A DNA stretch of 64,000 nucleotides, from positions 30,141-94,140 of the forward strand of contig CAIMWI010000010.1 of NCBI GenBank assembly GCA_903845215.1, written 5' to 3'. The DNA is from an uncultured Rhodobacterales bacterium (lineage in GTDB: Bacteria; Pseudomonadota; Alphaproteobacteria; Rhodobacterales; Rhodobacteraceae). The notes beneath the pieces are model-generated. The model ran no database searches. It was not told the DNA's origin and saw only the letters and a program-made list of their open reading frames with translations. Positions 1-9,708 of the stretch are shown here, piece after piece (position 1 is the stretch's first letter; each line of letters begins with the position of its first letter). The position numbers were made by a program, and so were the translations under genes.

Positions 1-66
1 CCACGGGCAAAGCAGCCGCAGCCCAAGCCTTTATCCCCTCTGTCGGCCCAAGCCTTTGCCAGCCGC

Positions 67-888
67 TCACCATCCTAAATCCTTGCGCAGCATATTGGCC
101 CCGACAAGCGTGATAAAGATCGCAAAGGCGCGTTTAAGCGGTTTGGCATCCATCGCATGGGCCAACCGAACGCCATAGGGCGTGGTCAGCAGGGTCATGG
201 GGATGATGACGGCAAAGGCCGGCAAGCTGACAGCCCCCAGCGAAAACGGCGGCGCATCCGGCACGCGCATAAGCAAAAAGCCAATCAACGACGGCACCGA
301 AATCAGAACCCCAAAGCCCGAGGCCGTGGCAACGGCACGGTGAATGGGCAGGCCATACAGCGTCATCAAGGGCACGCCAAAGGTGCCCCCGCCAATCCCC
401 ATCAGGGTCGAGAAAAACGCCAGCATCGTCGCCTCAACCCCGCGCAGCGGTTGGCTTGGCATCTGCGCGCCCAAGCGCCAATCGGAACGGCCAAAGGCCA
501 TGTACAGCCCTGCCATCATCGCCAAAAATCCAAAGATCGCCTTTAACGCCGTGGTGGACAGAAAATAGGCCGCCCCCACCCCGATGAGCGACCCCAAAAC
601 CAAAAACGGCGCCCATGCCGTCAAGATCCCCCAATCCACCGCGCCCTTTTTGTTGTGCAACAAAACCGAGCGCACCGAGGTGACGACAATGGTCGCAGCT
701 GAGGTGCCGATACAGACCTGCATCAAATGGTCAGAGGCAAAGCCCAATTGCCCGAACAGGTAGAAAAAGGCCGGCACCAGAACGATGCCGCCGCCCACCC
801 CCAGCAAGCCCGCAATCACCCCCGTGGCCGCCCCTATCGCCAGCAAAAGTGCCAGCATGGGCAGGAAAGTTGCATAATCCATCATCAC
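67..888 (-). CDS. TauE/SafE (DUF81) family anion/sulfite exporter, integral membrane protein
   Basis: 273-aa very hydrophobic ORF. It has the duplicated Gly-rich TM motif (GLLGVGGGIVLVP ... LMGIGGGTFGVPL) typical of TauE/SafE permeases. Confidence 0.8.
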   Translation of the reverse strand: MMMDYATFLPMLALLLAIGAATGVIAGLLGVGGGIVLVPAFFYLFGQLGFASDHLMQVCIGTSAATIVVTSVRSVLLHNKKGAVDWGILTAWAPFLVLGSLIGVGAAYFLSTTALKAIFGFLAMMAGLYMAFGRSDWRLGAQMPSQPLRGVEATMLAFFSTLMGIGGGTFGVPLMTLYGLPIHRAVATASGFGVLISVPSLIGFLLMRVPDAPPFSLGAVSLPAFAVIIPMTLLTTPYGVRLAHAMDAKPLKRAFAIFITLVGANMLRKDLGW

Positions 889-999
889 CTCGCACCGTTT
901 GGCACCAGCCTAGCCGTGACGCCGCAAAAGGGCCAGAGCGGGGTTGCCCTTGCACAGGCGCGGCGTTAGCTGTGCGGGCATCTTTTTGAAAGGTTTCTC

Positions 1000-2178
1000 A
1001 TGTCCGGCTCTTTGGCCCGCCCCGCGCTGATTTTGGGGCTTTTGTCCTGCCTTGGCCCTTTTGCCATTGATATGTATTTGCCCGCGATGCCGGTGATTGG
1101 CGGGGACTTGGGGGCCTCTCCGATGGTGATGCAAAGCACGATCACGGCCTATTTCGCCTCATTCGGGATCGCGCAGATGTTTTACGGGCCTTGGGCCGAT
1201 CAATCAGGGCGCAAGCTGCCGCTTTATGCCGGGATTGCGATGTTTGTTTTGGGCACGATCTTGTGCATGACGGCCAGTTCGCCCACGGGGCTGATTGCGG
1301 GTCGCTTTGTGCAGGGGCTGGGCGGTGCCGCCTTGGGTGTGGTGCCCCGCGCTATCGTGCGCGACATGATGACAGGGGCCGAGGCCACGCGGATGATGTC
1401 AAAAATCATGCTGACCTTTTCCATCTCGCCCATGTTGGCCCCTTTGGTGGGATCGGCGCTTTTGGTCATCACCGGCTGGCGGGGGATTTTTGCCGCCTTG
1501 CTGATCGCCTCGGTGGTCAGCTTGGCCCTGTTGGCATTGGCCCAGCCCGAAACTTTGGCCAAAGACAACCGCCGTCCGTTCAAGATGGGCTTTTTGCTGA
1601 AAGGCTGCGGAGAATTGCTTGTGGACAAAACCTTTATGCTGTTGACTTTTGTGGGGGCTTTTGGCTTTGGCAGTTTCTTTATCTTTCTGGCTTCGGCCTC
1701 TTACGTCTACCAGCAAGGCTTTGGGCTAAGTTCCACGCAGTTTTCCATCGCCTTTGCGGTCAATGCCATGGCCTTTATCGGGGCCAGCCAAGGGGCCAGC
1801 CGTGCAACCGTGCGCTTTGGCAACATGCCGGTGCTGATCTGGGCGAGTGCGGGCTTTGCTTTGGCTGCCGTGGGGCTTTTGGGCTTGGCGCTGCTGGGGA
1901 TGGTGAACCTGTGGGTCTGCATGGCGGGTTTGGCGCTGGCCAATGCCTGTCTGGGGCTGATCGTGCCCGCCACGATGGTGATGGCGCTGGATGATCAGGG
2001 CGATAAGGCGGGGTTGGCCTCGTCCTTAGGGGGCACGTTGCAGATGCTGGCGGGCGGGGCCATGGTGGTGGCTTTGGGGCCATGGCTGGGGGCCAGTGCC
2101 ACGCCGATGATCGCCGGCATCGCTTTTGCGGCCACAGTGACGCTGGTCTTAACGCTGCTTGTGCCACGCAACGCTTAA
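1000..2178 (+). CDS. MFS transporter, Bcr/CflA drug-resistance subfamily
   Basis: 392-aa ORF with a 12-TM-like profile and an ATG start. N-terminal LGPFAIDMYLPAMP and GPWADQSGRK motifs are characteristic of Bcr/CflA MFS pumps. Confidence 0.8.
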   Translation: MSGSLARPALILGLLSCLGPFAIDMYLPAMPVIGGDLGASPMVMQSTITAYFASFGIAQMFYGPWADQSGRKLPLYAGIAMFVLGTILCMTASSPTGLIAGRFVQGLGGAALGVVPRAIVRDMMTGAEATRMMSKIMLTFSISPMLAPLVGSALLVITGWRGIFAALLIASVVSLALLALAQPETLAKDNRRPFKMGFLLKGCGELLVDKTFMLLTFVGAFGFGSFFIFLASASYVYQQGFGLSSTQFSIAFAVNAMAFIGASQGASRATVRFGNMPVLIWASAGFALAAVGLLGLALLGMVNLWVCMAGLALANACLGLIVPATMVMALDDQGDKAGLASSLGGTLQMLAGGAMVVALGPWLGASATPMIAGIAFAATVTLVLTLLVPRNA

Positions 2179-3206
2179 GCCGCAAAGGGGGGCGCGGTTT
2201 GCACTTGATCTAGCGCGTGCAGCAACAGATCGGTCCCCGCGCCGGGGCGGTTGGCCCCCTCGGAGAGGATCCGCCGCCACCCCCGCGCGCCGGGCCGTCC
2301 GGTGAACAGGCCCAGCATGTGCCGTGTGATCTGATGCAACCGCCCGCCTTGGGCGATATGGTTTGCGATATAGGGCAGCAGATCGGCCACCACCTGATGC
2401 GGATCGGGCGCGAAATCCTCGCCCCAAAGCCTGTCTGCCCCGATCAAGACGGCTGCGGGGTCGTGATACGCCGCGCGCCCCACCATCACCCCGTCTATCC
2501 CTTGATCCAGCATATCCTGCACTTGGGCCAAACTTGTGATCCCGCCGTTCAGGCAAAGGGTCAGATCGGGAAAGCGTTGTTTCATCGCCAGAACCAAGGG
2601 GTAATCCAGCGGCGGGATCTCGCGGTTTTCCTTGGGCGACAGGCCCTGCAACCACGCTTTGCGGGCATGGATGATGACATGGCGCACACCTGCTGTGGCA
2701 AGCGTTTCCAAAAAGCGCGGCAAGATGTCTGCGGGGATCTGATCATCCACCCCGATGCGGCATTTGACGGTTACGGGCACGGGGCTTTCGGCTTGCATGG
2801 CCGCCACACACGCGGCCACAAGCGAGGGACGTTCCATCAGCACCGCCCCAAAGCAGCCTGATTGCACGCGGTCAGAGGGGCAGCCGCAGTTCAGGTTGAT
2901 CTCGTCATAGCCATAAGGCACAGCCACCCGCACCGCGGCCGCCAGTTCCGCCGGATCCGACCCGCCCAGTTGAAGCGCCACGGGATGTTCTGCCGCATCA
3001 AACCCCAACAACCGCGCTGCATCGCCGTGCAGAATGGCGGCGGCTGTCACCATCTCGGTATACAGCATCGCGCGGCGGGTCATATGGCGGTGAAAGACCC
3101 GGCAGTGCCGATCCGTCCAATCCATCATGGGGGCCACCGACAGGCGGTGGGCCGAAGGTGCAAGAGAGGCGGCAAGCGTCATGGGCAAGATCCGGCGCGA
3201 GAGCAA
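2175..3206 (-). CDS. dusA: tRNA-dihydrouridine(20/20a) synthase DusA
   Basis: Carries the DusA signatures [18 protein letters not shown] and [15 protein letters not shown]. The start is uncertain (3206 or the internal ATG at 3182). Confidence 0.9.
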   Translation of the reverse strand: MLSRRILPMTLAASLAPSAHRLSVAPMMDWTDRHCRVFHRHMTRRAMLYTEMVTAAAILHGDAARLLGFDAAEHPVALQLGGSDPAELAAAVRVAVPYGYDEINLNCGCPSDRVQSGCFGAVLMERPSLVAACVAAMQAESPVPVTVKCRIGVDDQIPADILPRFLETLATAGVRHVIIHARKAWLQGLSPKENREIPPLDYPLVLAMKQRFPDLTLCLNGGITSLAQVQDMLDQGIDGVMVGRAAYHDPAAVLIGADRLWGEDFAPDPHQVVADLLPYIANHIAQGGRLHQITRHMLGLFTGRPGARGWRRILSEGANRPGAGTDLLLHALDQVQTAPPFAA

Positions 3207-3316
3207 AGCCTTGCTATACCCCAGCCCTGCGCGATGTCAAAGCAGATGCCCGCGCTGGTGCGGGGCCTGCTTGCCCTTGCACCCCCCCTCGTCTATCTAG
3301 GCGCAAAGGGGATTTC

Positions 3317-4102
3317 ATGCGCATTCTGATCACAAATGACGACGGCATCAACGCGCCGGGCCTAGCTGTGCTAGAGCAGATCGCCAACACTTTGGCAGGC
3401 CCTAAAGGCGAGGTTTGGGTGGTCGCCCCCGCCTTTGAACAATCGGGCGTGGGGCACTGCATCAGCTATACCCATCCCACGATGATCGCCCAACTCGGCC
3501 CACGCCGTTATGCGGCCGAAGGGTCGCCCGCCGATTGTGTGCTGGCGGGGCTGTATCATGTGATGAAGGACCATAAGCCTGATTTGGTGCTGTCGGGGGT
3601 GAACCGTGGCAACAATGCGGGCGAAAATGTGCTGTATTCCGGCACCATCGGGGCCGCGATGGAAGCCGCCCTGCAAGGCGTCAAAGCCATCGCTTTGTCG
3701 CAGTTCTTTGGCCCGCAGAATGCCAAGATTGACGACCCTTACGAGGCGGCTGTGATCCACGGCGCAGGGTTGATCCAGCGCCTGCTAGACAAGGGCCTGT
3801 GGGATGAAGCCGATTACCGCCTGTTTTACAACGTGAATTTCCCCCCCGTTCCGGCAGCAGGCGTCAAAGGCACAAAGGTCGCCACCCAAGGTTTTCGCCG
3901 CTACACCGCCTTTTCGCTCGAACCGCATGTCTCGCCCACGGGGCGGCAGTTTTTGTGGATCAAGGGCGGCGAGCAGGGTCGCGCCACCTTGCCGGGGTCA
4001 GATGTCACGGCCAATGTGGAAGGCTATATCTCTGTCACGCCGCTGCGCGCAGATTTGACAGCACATGACCGCTTGGCCGAACTTGGCGCCGCCTTGGCAT
4101 GA
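3317..4102 (+). CDS. surE: 5'/3'-nucleotidase SurE
   Basis: Start moved to ATG 3317, giving the canonical N-terminus [15 protein letters not shown]. Lies in the conserved surE-pcm-nlpD order. Confidence 0.95.
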   Translation: MRILITNDDGINAPGLAVLEQIANTLAGPKGEVWVVAPAFEQSGVGHCISYTHPTMIAQLGPRRYAAEGSPADCVLAGLYHVMKDHKPDLVLSGVNRGNNAGENVLYSGTIGAAMEAALQGVKAIALSQFFGPQNAKIDDPYEAAVIHGAGLIQRLLDKGLWDEADYRLFYNVNFPPVPAAGVKGTKVATQGFRRYTAFSLEPHVSPTGRQFLWIKGGEQGRATLPGSDVTANVEGYISVTPLRADLTAHDRLAELGAALA

Positions 4103-4764
4103 GTGACAGCGCCCTGCCACTTCCTGATCCAGCGGCAGAGCGGCAGATGCAGCTGATCTTAACCTTGCGCAGCTTGGGGGTTACAGATGCCCGCGTGCTG
4201 GCCGCGATGGAGCGGGTCGACCGCGGCGCCTTTGTGCGCGGGGTTTTCGCCAGCCGCGCTTATGAAGATATGCCCCTGCCGATTTCGTGCGGGCAGACGA
4301 TCTCTCAGCCTTCGGTCGTGGGGCAGATGACCCAAGCGTTGAACCCGCAACCCCGCGACAAGGTGCTAGAGGTGGGGACCGGATCAGGCTATCAGGCCGC
4401 GATCCTAAGCTTGCTGTGCCGCAGGGTCTATACGGTTGATCGTCACCGCGCTTTGGTGGAAGAGGCGCGGGCGGTCTTTTCGGCCATGTCTTTGGCCAAT
4501 ATCACAGCCTTTACCGCCGACGGCAGCTTTGGATTGCCCGAGCAAGCGCCGTTTGATCGCATCCTTGTGACAGCCGCCGCCGAGGACCCGCCCGGCCCGC
4601 TCTTGGCGCAATTGAAGATTGGGGGTATCATGGTGGTGCCTGTGGGCCAATCAGATACGCTTCAAACTCTGATCAAGGTCACAAGATTGGCCAGCGGCTA
4701 TGACTATGAAGAATTGCGACCGGTGCGCTTTGTGCCGCTGGTCGAAGGGCTTGGAGCAGGGTGA
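4099..4764 (+). CDS. pcm: protein-L-isoaspartate O-methyltransferase
   Basis: Has the SAM-binding motif [13 protein letters not shown] and the ISQPSVV motif. Its ATG overlaps the surE stop (ATGA). Confidence 0.95.
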   Translation: MSDSALPLPDPAAERQMQLILTLRSLGVTDARVLAAMERVDRGAFVRGVFASRAYEDMPLPISCGQTISQPSVVGQMTQALNPQPRDKVLEVGTGSGYQAAILSLLCRRVYTVDRHRALVEEARAVFSAMSLANITAFTADGSFGLPEQAPFDRILVTAAAEDPPGPLLAQLKIGGIMVVPVGQSDTLQTLIKVTRLASGYDYEELRPVRFVPLVEGLGAG

Positions 4765-4813
4765 CCATAGGCCCGGATCAACGGGCACGGCACATGGGGT
4801 ATATCGAGTGGGG

Positions 4814-6058
4814 ATGAACATGGACCAAATGAGGGACTTTCGCAAAGCCAAGTCAGGCTTCACGCTGTCGGTTCTGGCGGCATTGCTTTTGTCAGCCTGT
4901 ATGGAAACCAAGTCGTTAGACTGGGACTTGCGCAACAATGGCGGGGCCACCTCGGGCGCGGTTGAACGCGCCACGGGGGCGCGGCCTGCGGCAGATGGGC
5001 AGGGTGTCATCTCTTATCCAGGCTATCAGGTCGTGGTGGCGCGGCGCGGCGATACTGTCAGTTCGGTTGCGGCGCGTTTGGGCATAGCGGCGGATCAATT
5101 GGCCGGCTTTAACGCCCTGTCACCCGATGACAGCCTGCGTCAAGGCGAGGTTTTGGCCTTGCCGACGCGCGTTGCCTCGAACGGGGGGATGGCTGGCGCC
5201 ACCGCGGCCATGGGCGGCATTGATGTTGCAGCCATTGCCACCACAGCGCTGGACCGTGCCGATACATCTGGCCCCCAAACCGGCGCCACAATTGGTGAAG
5301 GCCCCGCAGCCAAAGCCGGCGACCTGCCCTTTGCCACCCAAGGTTCTGGCCCCGAACCGGTGCGCTATCAGGTCAAACGCGGTGAAACGGCCTTTACCAT
5401 CGCGCGCAGCTTTAACATCTCGGCCAAGGCCTTGGCGGACTGGAACGGTTTGGGGCCAGAACTGACAGTCCGCGAGGGCCAGTTCTTGATCATTCCGACA
5501 CCCGCTGACATCTCGCGCTTGCCAGCTGCCTCGCAGGTCGACGATGTGACCCCGCCCGGCGAAGGCACGCCCACCCCCACCCCCCCCTCGTCCAAAGAAC
5601 CGCTGCCCGAAGAAGCCACCGTCCCCGCAGCAGAGGCAGCAGCCGAAGCCGCCGCAGAACCCACCCCCGCCCCAGATCTGGGCAGCGAGCGCACCCAAGC
5701 CTCGGCCGCGGCGATGAGCATGCCGGTCGAGGGCAAAATCCTTCGGGCTTGGGATGGCAAGACCAGCCAAGGCATCGACATCGCTGCCGCCGCGGGCACG
5801 GCTGTTCAGGCGGCGGCTGAAGGAACGGTGGCGGTCATCACCCATGATGCCAAAACCGGCGCGCTGATCGTGATCTTGCGCCATGCAGATGGGCTTTTGA
5901 CGGTTTATGCCGGTCTTGATTCTGCCACGGTAGAAAAAGGCGCGGCTGTCAAACGCGGCCAAACCATCGGCACCGTCAAAGATGGCAGCCCTGCGCAACT
6001 GCACTTTGAAGTGCGCAAAGGCCAAGTCTCGGTCGACCCGCTTACCTATCTGCAATAA
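4814..6058 (+). CDS. nlpD: LysM-domain lipoprotein with degenerate LytM/M23 domain (NlpD-like amidase activator)
   Basis: Start set at ATG 4814, which gives a signal peptide plus lipobox (LLLSAC). Two LysM repeats (YQVVVARRGDTVSSVA..., YQVKRGETAFTIA...) and a Pro/Ala-rich linker. The C-terminal M23 fold lacks the metal-ligand His residues (QGIDIAAAAG, LHFEVRKG), as in E. coli NlpD. Confidence 0.85.
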   Translation: MNMDQMRDFRKAKSGFTLSVLAALLLSACMETKSLDWDLRNNGGATSGAVERATGARPAADGQGVISYPGYQVVVARRGDTVSSVAARLGIAADQLAGFNALSPDDSLRQGEVLALPTRVASNGGMAGATAAMGGIDVAAIATTALDRADTSGPQTGATIGEGPAAKAGDLPFATQGSGPEPVRYQVKRGETAFTIARSFNISAKALADWNGLGPELTVREGQFLIIPTPADISRLPAASQVDDVTPPGEGTPTPTPPSSKEPLPEEATVPAAEAAAEAAAEPTPAPDLGSERTQASAAAMSMPVEGKILRAWDGKTSQGIDIAAAAGTAVQAAAEGTVAVITHDAKTGALIVILRHADGLLTVYAGLDSATVEKGAAVKRGQTIGTVKDGSPAQLHFEVRKGQVSVDPLTYLQ

Positions 6059-6167
6059 AGGCGGCGCACGGCACGAAGGCAATCCGCCGCAGCCCATGAA
6101 CTCGGGGGGTTTTCACCCTTCGGGATCATAGGATGTTTGGGCAAGTATGAAACCCACAGCGGGGGGA

Positions 6168-7001
6168 TTAAAGCGCCACGCCCTCGCGCGCCGCCAGATC
6201 GCAAAAGAACTGCCACGCCACGCGTCCTGATCGCGAACCGCGCGTGGCTTGCCATTCGATGGCTTCGGCCCAAAGCCTGTCTTCGCCGATCACCACGCCG
6301 TGCGCTGCACAATAGGCGCGGATCATCGCCAAATAATCATCTTGGCTGCACGGGTGAAAGCCCAACCACAGGCCAAAACGGTCCGACAGCGAGACTTTTT
6401 CTTCCACCGCCTCGCCCGGGGTGATGGCCGAAGCGCGTTCATTGTCGATCATCTCGCGCGGCATCAGGTGGCGGCGATTGGAGGTGGCATAGAAAAGCAC
6501 ATTGTCCGGCCGCCCTTCGATGCCGCCATCCAGCACGGCCTTAAGCGATTTATAATGCTGATCATCGCTGGCAAAAGACAGATCATCGCAAAACAGGATA
6601 AAGCGGCAGGGGGCGGCGCGCAGATGCGCCAACAAGCGCTGAACCGACGGCAGATCTTCACGGCTAAGTTCGACGATCTTCAGATCATGGCCTTCCGCCC
6701 TGACTGCGGCATGGATGGCCTTGACCAACGAGGATTTGCCCATCCCCCGCGCACCCCACAAAAGCGCGTTGTTCGCGGGTAAGCCGCGCGCGAAGTGGCG
6801 GGTGTTTTCCATCAGCGTGTCGCGAGAGCGGTCAATGCCCAAAAGCAGGGCAACATCAACCCGCGACACTTTGGCCACAGGATCCAGCCTGTCAGGCGAT
6901 GTGTGCCACACAAAAGCCTCGGCCGCCGCGAAATCGGGCGGCGGCAGGGGCTGGGGCGCCAGACGTTCCAGCGCCGCAGCGATGCGGTGAAGGTCGGTCA
7001 T
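6168..7001 (-). CDS. DUF815-family AAA+ ATPase (uncharacterised)
   Basis: Walker A motif GARGMGKSSLVKA, plus FILFCDDLSF and YATSNRRHLMPRE blocks that match my recollection of DUF815/PF05673. Its ATG overlaps the tatC stop (ATGA at 6998-7001). Confidence 0.75.
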   Translation of the reverse strand: MTDLHRIAAALERLAPQPLPPPDFAAAEAFVWHTSPDRLDPVAKVSRVDVALLLGIDRSRDTLMENTRHFARGLPANNALLWGARGMGKSSLVKAIHAAVRAEGHDLKIVELSREDLPSVQRLLAHLRAAPCRFILFCDDLSFASDDQHYKSLKAVLDGGIEGRPDNVLFYATSNRRHLMPREMIDNERASAITPGEAVEEKVSLSDRFGLWLGFHPCSQDDYLAMIRAYCAAHGVVIGEDRLWAEAIEWQATRGSRSGRVAWQFFCDLAAREGVAL

Positions 7002-7840
7002 TCCGCGTCAGGCTCTTCCCAAGTGCCGTCCAACTTCGCTTGCTTTTCGGCCTGCTTTTCAAAGTAAACGATGATCCAAATTGACACTTCATAAAGCGGA
7101 TAGATCACCGCAAACAGCACCCCCATCGAGGTGACATCAGGCGGGGCGATCATCGAAGACAAGATCAATATGCCGACGATGGCATATTTGCGCGTGTCTT
7201 TCAGACCCTTGGACCCGATCAGCCCGGCTTTGCCCATCAAGGTCAAAAGGACGGGCATTTGAAAACACAGGCCAAAGGCCATCAGAAACTGCATCGTCAA
7301 AGAATAGAAACGATCGATCGAGCCTTGGAACACCAACCCCTTGGGCAGACTGCCCAAGACAGAGCCGGTTTGCATGGCAGAAGACAGCGAATCTTGGAAC
7401 GACAAGAAAAACCGGAACGCTTGGGGAATAACCAGCAGATATGCCAAGGCCCCCCCCAGAAAGAACATCACCGGCGAGGCAATCAAGAACGGCAAAAACG
7501 CCGCTTTTTCATTGCGATACAGGCCCGGTGCGACAAAGCGCCACAGCTGGAAGGTGATGACCGGAAAGGCCATCACAAAGCCGCCCCACATAGAGATTTT
7601 CATGGCCACAAAGAAGCTGTCCTGCGGCCCCAAGGTCTGCAACTGACATTCTTGCCCGCGTTCAGCCAACACAGCGCAGATCGGCGCCGACAAAAAGGCC
7701 CAGATATGTCCGACGATCAGAAAGGCGATGATGAAGGTCACAACAAAAGCACCGATCGAAATCATGATCCGGTTGCGCAGCTCTTTCAGATGTTCCAGCA
7801 GCGGCGCAGCCGAACCATCTAGATTTTCGGAGTTGCTCAT
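6998..7840 (-). CDS. tatC: twin-arginine translocase subunit TatC
   Basis: 280-aa six-TM protein. The N-terminal LLEHLKELRNRI motif is typical of TatC. Follows tatA-tatB. Confidence 0.95.
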   Translation of the reverse strand: MSNSENLDGSAAPLLEHLKELRNRIMISIGAFVVTFIIAFLIVGHIWAFLSAPICAVLAERGQECQLQTLGPQDSFFVAMKISMWGGFVMAFPVITFQLWRFVAPGLYRNEKAAFLPFLIASPVMFFLGGALAYLLVIPQAFRFFLSFQDSLSSAMQTGSVLGSLPKGLVFQGSIDRFYSLTMQFLMAFGLCFQMPVLLTLMGKAGLIGSKGLKDTRKYAIVGILILSSMIAPPDVTSMGVLFAVIYPLYEVSIWIIVYFEKQAEKQAKLDGTWEEPDAE

Positions 7841-8571
7841 ACCGTTTCCTCGCCTTTGGGTTTGCGCGGTGTCTTACGCGGTTTCACGGCAGCTTTCACG
7901 GGGGCAGCGTCTGCAGCCGTCGCAGGAACGGCTGCTTTGACCACGCGCTTTTTGGGTGTTGGCTTTGCGGCTTGGGGCGGGGGGGCGGGTGCATAGGTGC
8001 CAGCCTCGATCGCTTTAAGCTTTTCGGTCTGCTCTTTTAAAACCTGCGCGCGCAGGGCCTGCTTGTCATACAGCGCCTGTGTGGCAGGGCCATGGGCCGC
8101 TGCTTGGGAAGCCGGTGTTTGGGAAGCGGGCGCTGCGTCGTGGTCGGCCAGATCATCGGCCGCCTCGGCCGCATCATCCACCACATCAGGTGAAGGCGTG
8201 GCGCTAGTAACAACCTTGGGCGGCGTTGCGGGCATCGGGGGGGGCACAAGTGTGCGGGCCGGCATCGGCACAGTGGGTTTGGCTGCATTCTTCAGCGGAT
8301 CCCATTTTTCAAAGCGGTCCGCCGCATTTTTCACCACATCCAAGCCCAAGGCGCTGGACGACGTACTTGCCTTAAGGTCCTTTACGACATCCTTCACGCC
8401 GGTATCTTTGGCCGCCTGTTCCATCGCGCGCGAAAACTCGCGGCTCATTTGGCGCAGTTTGCTCGTAAACCGCCCCAATTGGCGAAACATGTGCGGCAAG
8501 TCCTCTGGCCCGATGACAATAAGAGCCACCGTGGCGATGATCAGCAGTTCGGGCCAGTTGAAGTCAAACAT
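7837..8571 (-). CDS. tatB: twin-arginine translocase subunit TatB
   Basis: N-terminus MFDFNWPELLIIATVALIVIGPEDLP (TM plus amphipathic helix) followed by a long Ala/Pro-rich tail. ATGA overlap with tatC. Confidence 0.85.
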   Translation of the reverse strand: MFDFNWPELLIIATVALIVIGPEDLPHMFRQLGRFTSKLRQMSREFSRAMEQAAKDTGVKDVVKDLKASTSSSALGLDVVKNAADRFEKWDPLKNAAKPTVPMPARTLVPPPMPATPPKVVTSATPSPDVVDDAAEAADDLADHDAAPASQTPASQAAAHGPATQALYDKQALRAQVLKEQTEKLKAIEAGTYAPAPPPQAAKPTPKKRVVKAAVPATAADAAPVKAAVKPRKTPRKPKGEETV

Positions 8572-8578
8572 TGCCGGA

Positions 8579-8803
8579 TCAGGCTTGTTTGTCGTTGGTC
8601 GGCGTTACATCGCGGGCGACGGCAGGGGGCTCTTCGGCAACCGGTTCAGCCGCAGCAGCGGCCTTGTTGTCATCCATGCCTTTTTTGAAGGCGGTGATAC
8701 CTTTGCCGACTTCGCCCATCAGGGACGAAACTTTGCCCTTGCCAAACAAGACAAGAACAACAACGGCGATCAGAAGTAGACCAAGGGGGCCGGGAGCGTG
8801 CAT
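8579..8803 (-). CDS. tatA: twin-arginine translocase subunit TatA
   Basis: 74-aa ORF with [17 protein letters not shown] followed by an amphipathic [11 protein letters not shown] segment. Confidence 0.9.
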   Translation of the reverse strand: MHAPGPLGLLLIAVVVLVLFGKGKVSSLMGEVGKGITAFKKGMDDNKAAAAAEPVAEEPPAVARDVTPTNDKQA

Positions 8804-8920
8804 GAGAAGTCCTCCATTACGCCGCGCGGTGCGGCAGATGTTTTGTCAAGCAAAGGCCAATCGATAAAGACCTGCAAGCCACAGTTTCGCTTAAAGATGG
8901 GTTGGGGTTGGAATCCCGCG

Positions 8921-8950
8921 GCCTTACTGCCATATTTATGTCAGTAAGGC
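8921..8950. promoter_or_regulatory. 9-bp perfect inverted repeat GCCTTACTG-N12-CAGTAAGGC in the tatA / WYL-regulator divergent region (candidate operator)
   Basis: Read directly from the sequence. The arms are 8921-8929 and 8942-8950 with an AT-rich 12-nt spacer, ending 25 nt upstream of the regulator ATG at 8975. Confidence 0.45.
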
Positions 8951-8974
8951 CCAAGTTTAGGGAAATCCTCCCCC

Positions 8975-9679
8975 ATGTCACGATCCATTCGCCTGTTCGA
9001 TCTGATCCAGATTCTCCGCGACGGGCGTTTGCACCGGGCGTCAGATATGGCGCGGGATTTGGGCGTTTCAGTGCGGTCGATCTGGCGGGACATGGCGACA
9101 CTCGCGGCGTCTGGCATGCCAGTAGAGGGAGAGCGCGGCGTGGGCTATATTCTGCGCCAGCCCATCACCTTGCCACCCATGATGCTGCAACCGACAGAAT
9201 TGATCGCCCTGCGCTTGGGCGTGCGCTTGGTGGCCGAAGGGGCCGACCCCAACCTTGCCGCTGCAGCCCGAAGTTTGGCCGGCAAGATCGCCACCGTGGC
9301 CCCTGCCCCGCGCGATTCAGAGTTGAGCGACGATCTGTTTACCCCATCGCCACCCACCGCCCACCGCGCCAGCCCGCATCTGCCGATGCTGCGCAAAGCC
9401 ATCAGGCAAAGTGAACGCTTAACCATCGCCGTGCTGGACGGGGCGGGGCAACTGATCCAGCGTGACATCCGGCCCCTTGCCTTGGCGCTGACGGGGCAAA
9501 CTTGGGTCTTGGCCGCATGGTGTGACACCAAAACAGGCTTCGCAGCCTTTGGGTTGGACCGCTTGCTAGATATCGTGCCGCGCGGCGAGGCCTTTCCCCG
9601 TGAACCCGGCAAACGGCTGACAGATTATCGCAAGTGGCAAGCGAAAGGCGCGGGGCAAGTGGTCAAGTTGGAAGTTTAG
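8975..9679 (+). CDS. YafY-family transcriptional regulator (HTH + WYL domain)
   Basis: N-terminal wHTH (RLFDLIQILRDGRLHRASDMARDLGVSVRSIWRDMATL...GVGY) followed by a WYL-type C-terminal half (WVLAAWCD...FGLDRL). Confidence 0.8.
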   Translation: MSRSIRLFDLIQILRDGRLHRASDMARDLGVSVRSIWRDMATLAASGMPVEGERGVGYILRQPITLPPMMLQPTELIALRLGVRLVAEGADPNLAAAARSLAGKIATVAPAPRDSELSDDLFTPSPPTAHRASPHLPMLRKAIRQSERLTIAVLDGAGQLIQRDIRPLALALTGQTWVLAAWCDTKTGFAAFGLDRLLDIVPRGEAFPREPGKRLTDYRKWQAKGAGQVVKLEV

Positions 9680-9708
9680 CCAAGGATGAATGGGCAAAGC
9701 GGGGCGAT

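Noticed and set aside
21-57. 12-nt direct repeat GCCCAAGCCTTT (21-32 and 46-57) at the window edge
   Set aside because: It is short, sits at the truncated edge downstream of the TauE gene, and has no further copies or associated structure. It is probably chance or part of a feature outside the window.
2175-3316. The dusA 5' region as a known integration hotspot for DusA-specific integrases
   Set aside because: The upstream DNA runs directly into divergent surE after about 110 bp. There is no integrase, no composition shift and no duplicated dusA 5' fragment.
5120-6097. 325-aa minus-strand ORF, plus several 60-140-aa ORFs in the same area
   Set aside because: They are antisense or out of frame relative to the LysM/M23 nlpD-like gene and are Gly/Arg-rich shadow ORFs.
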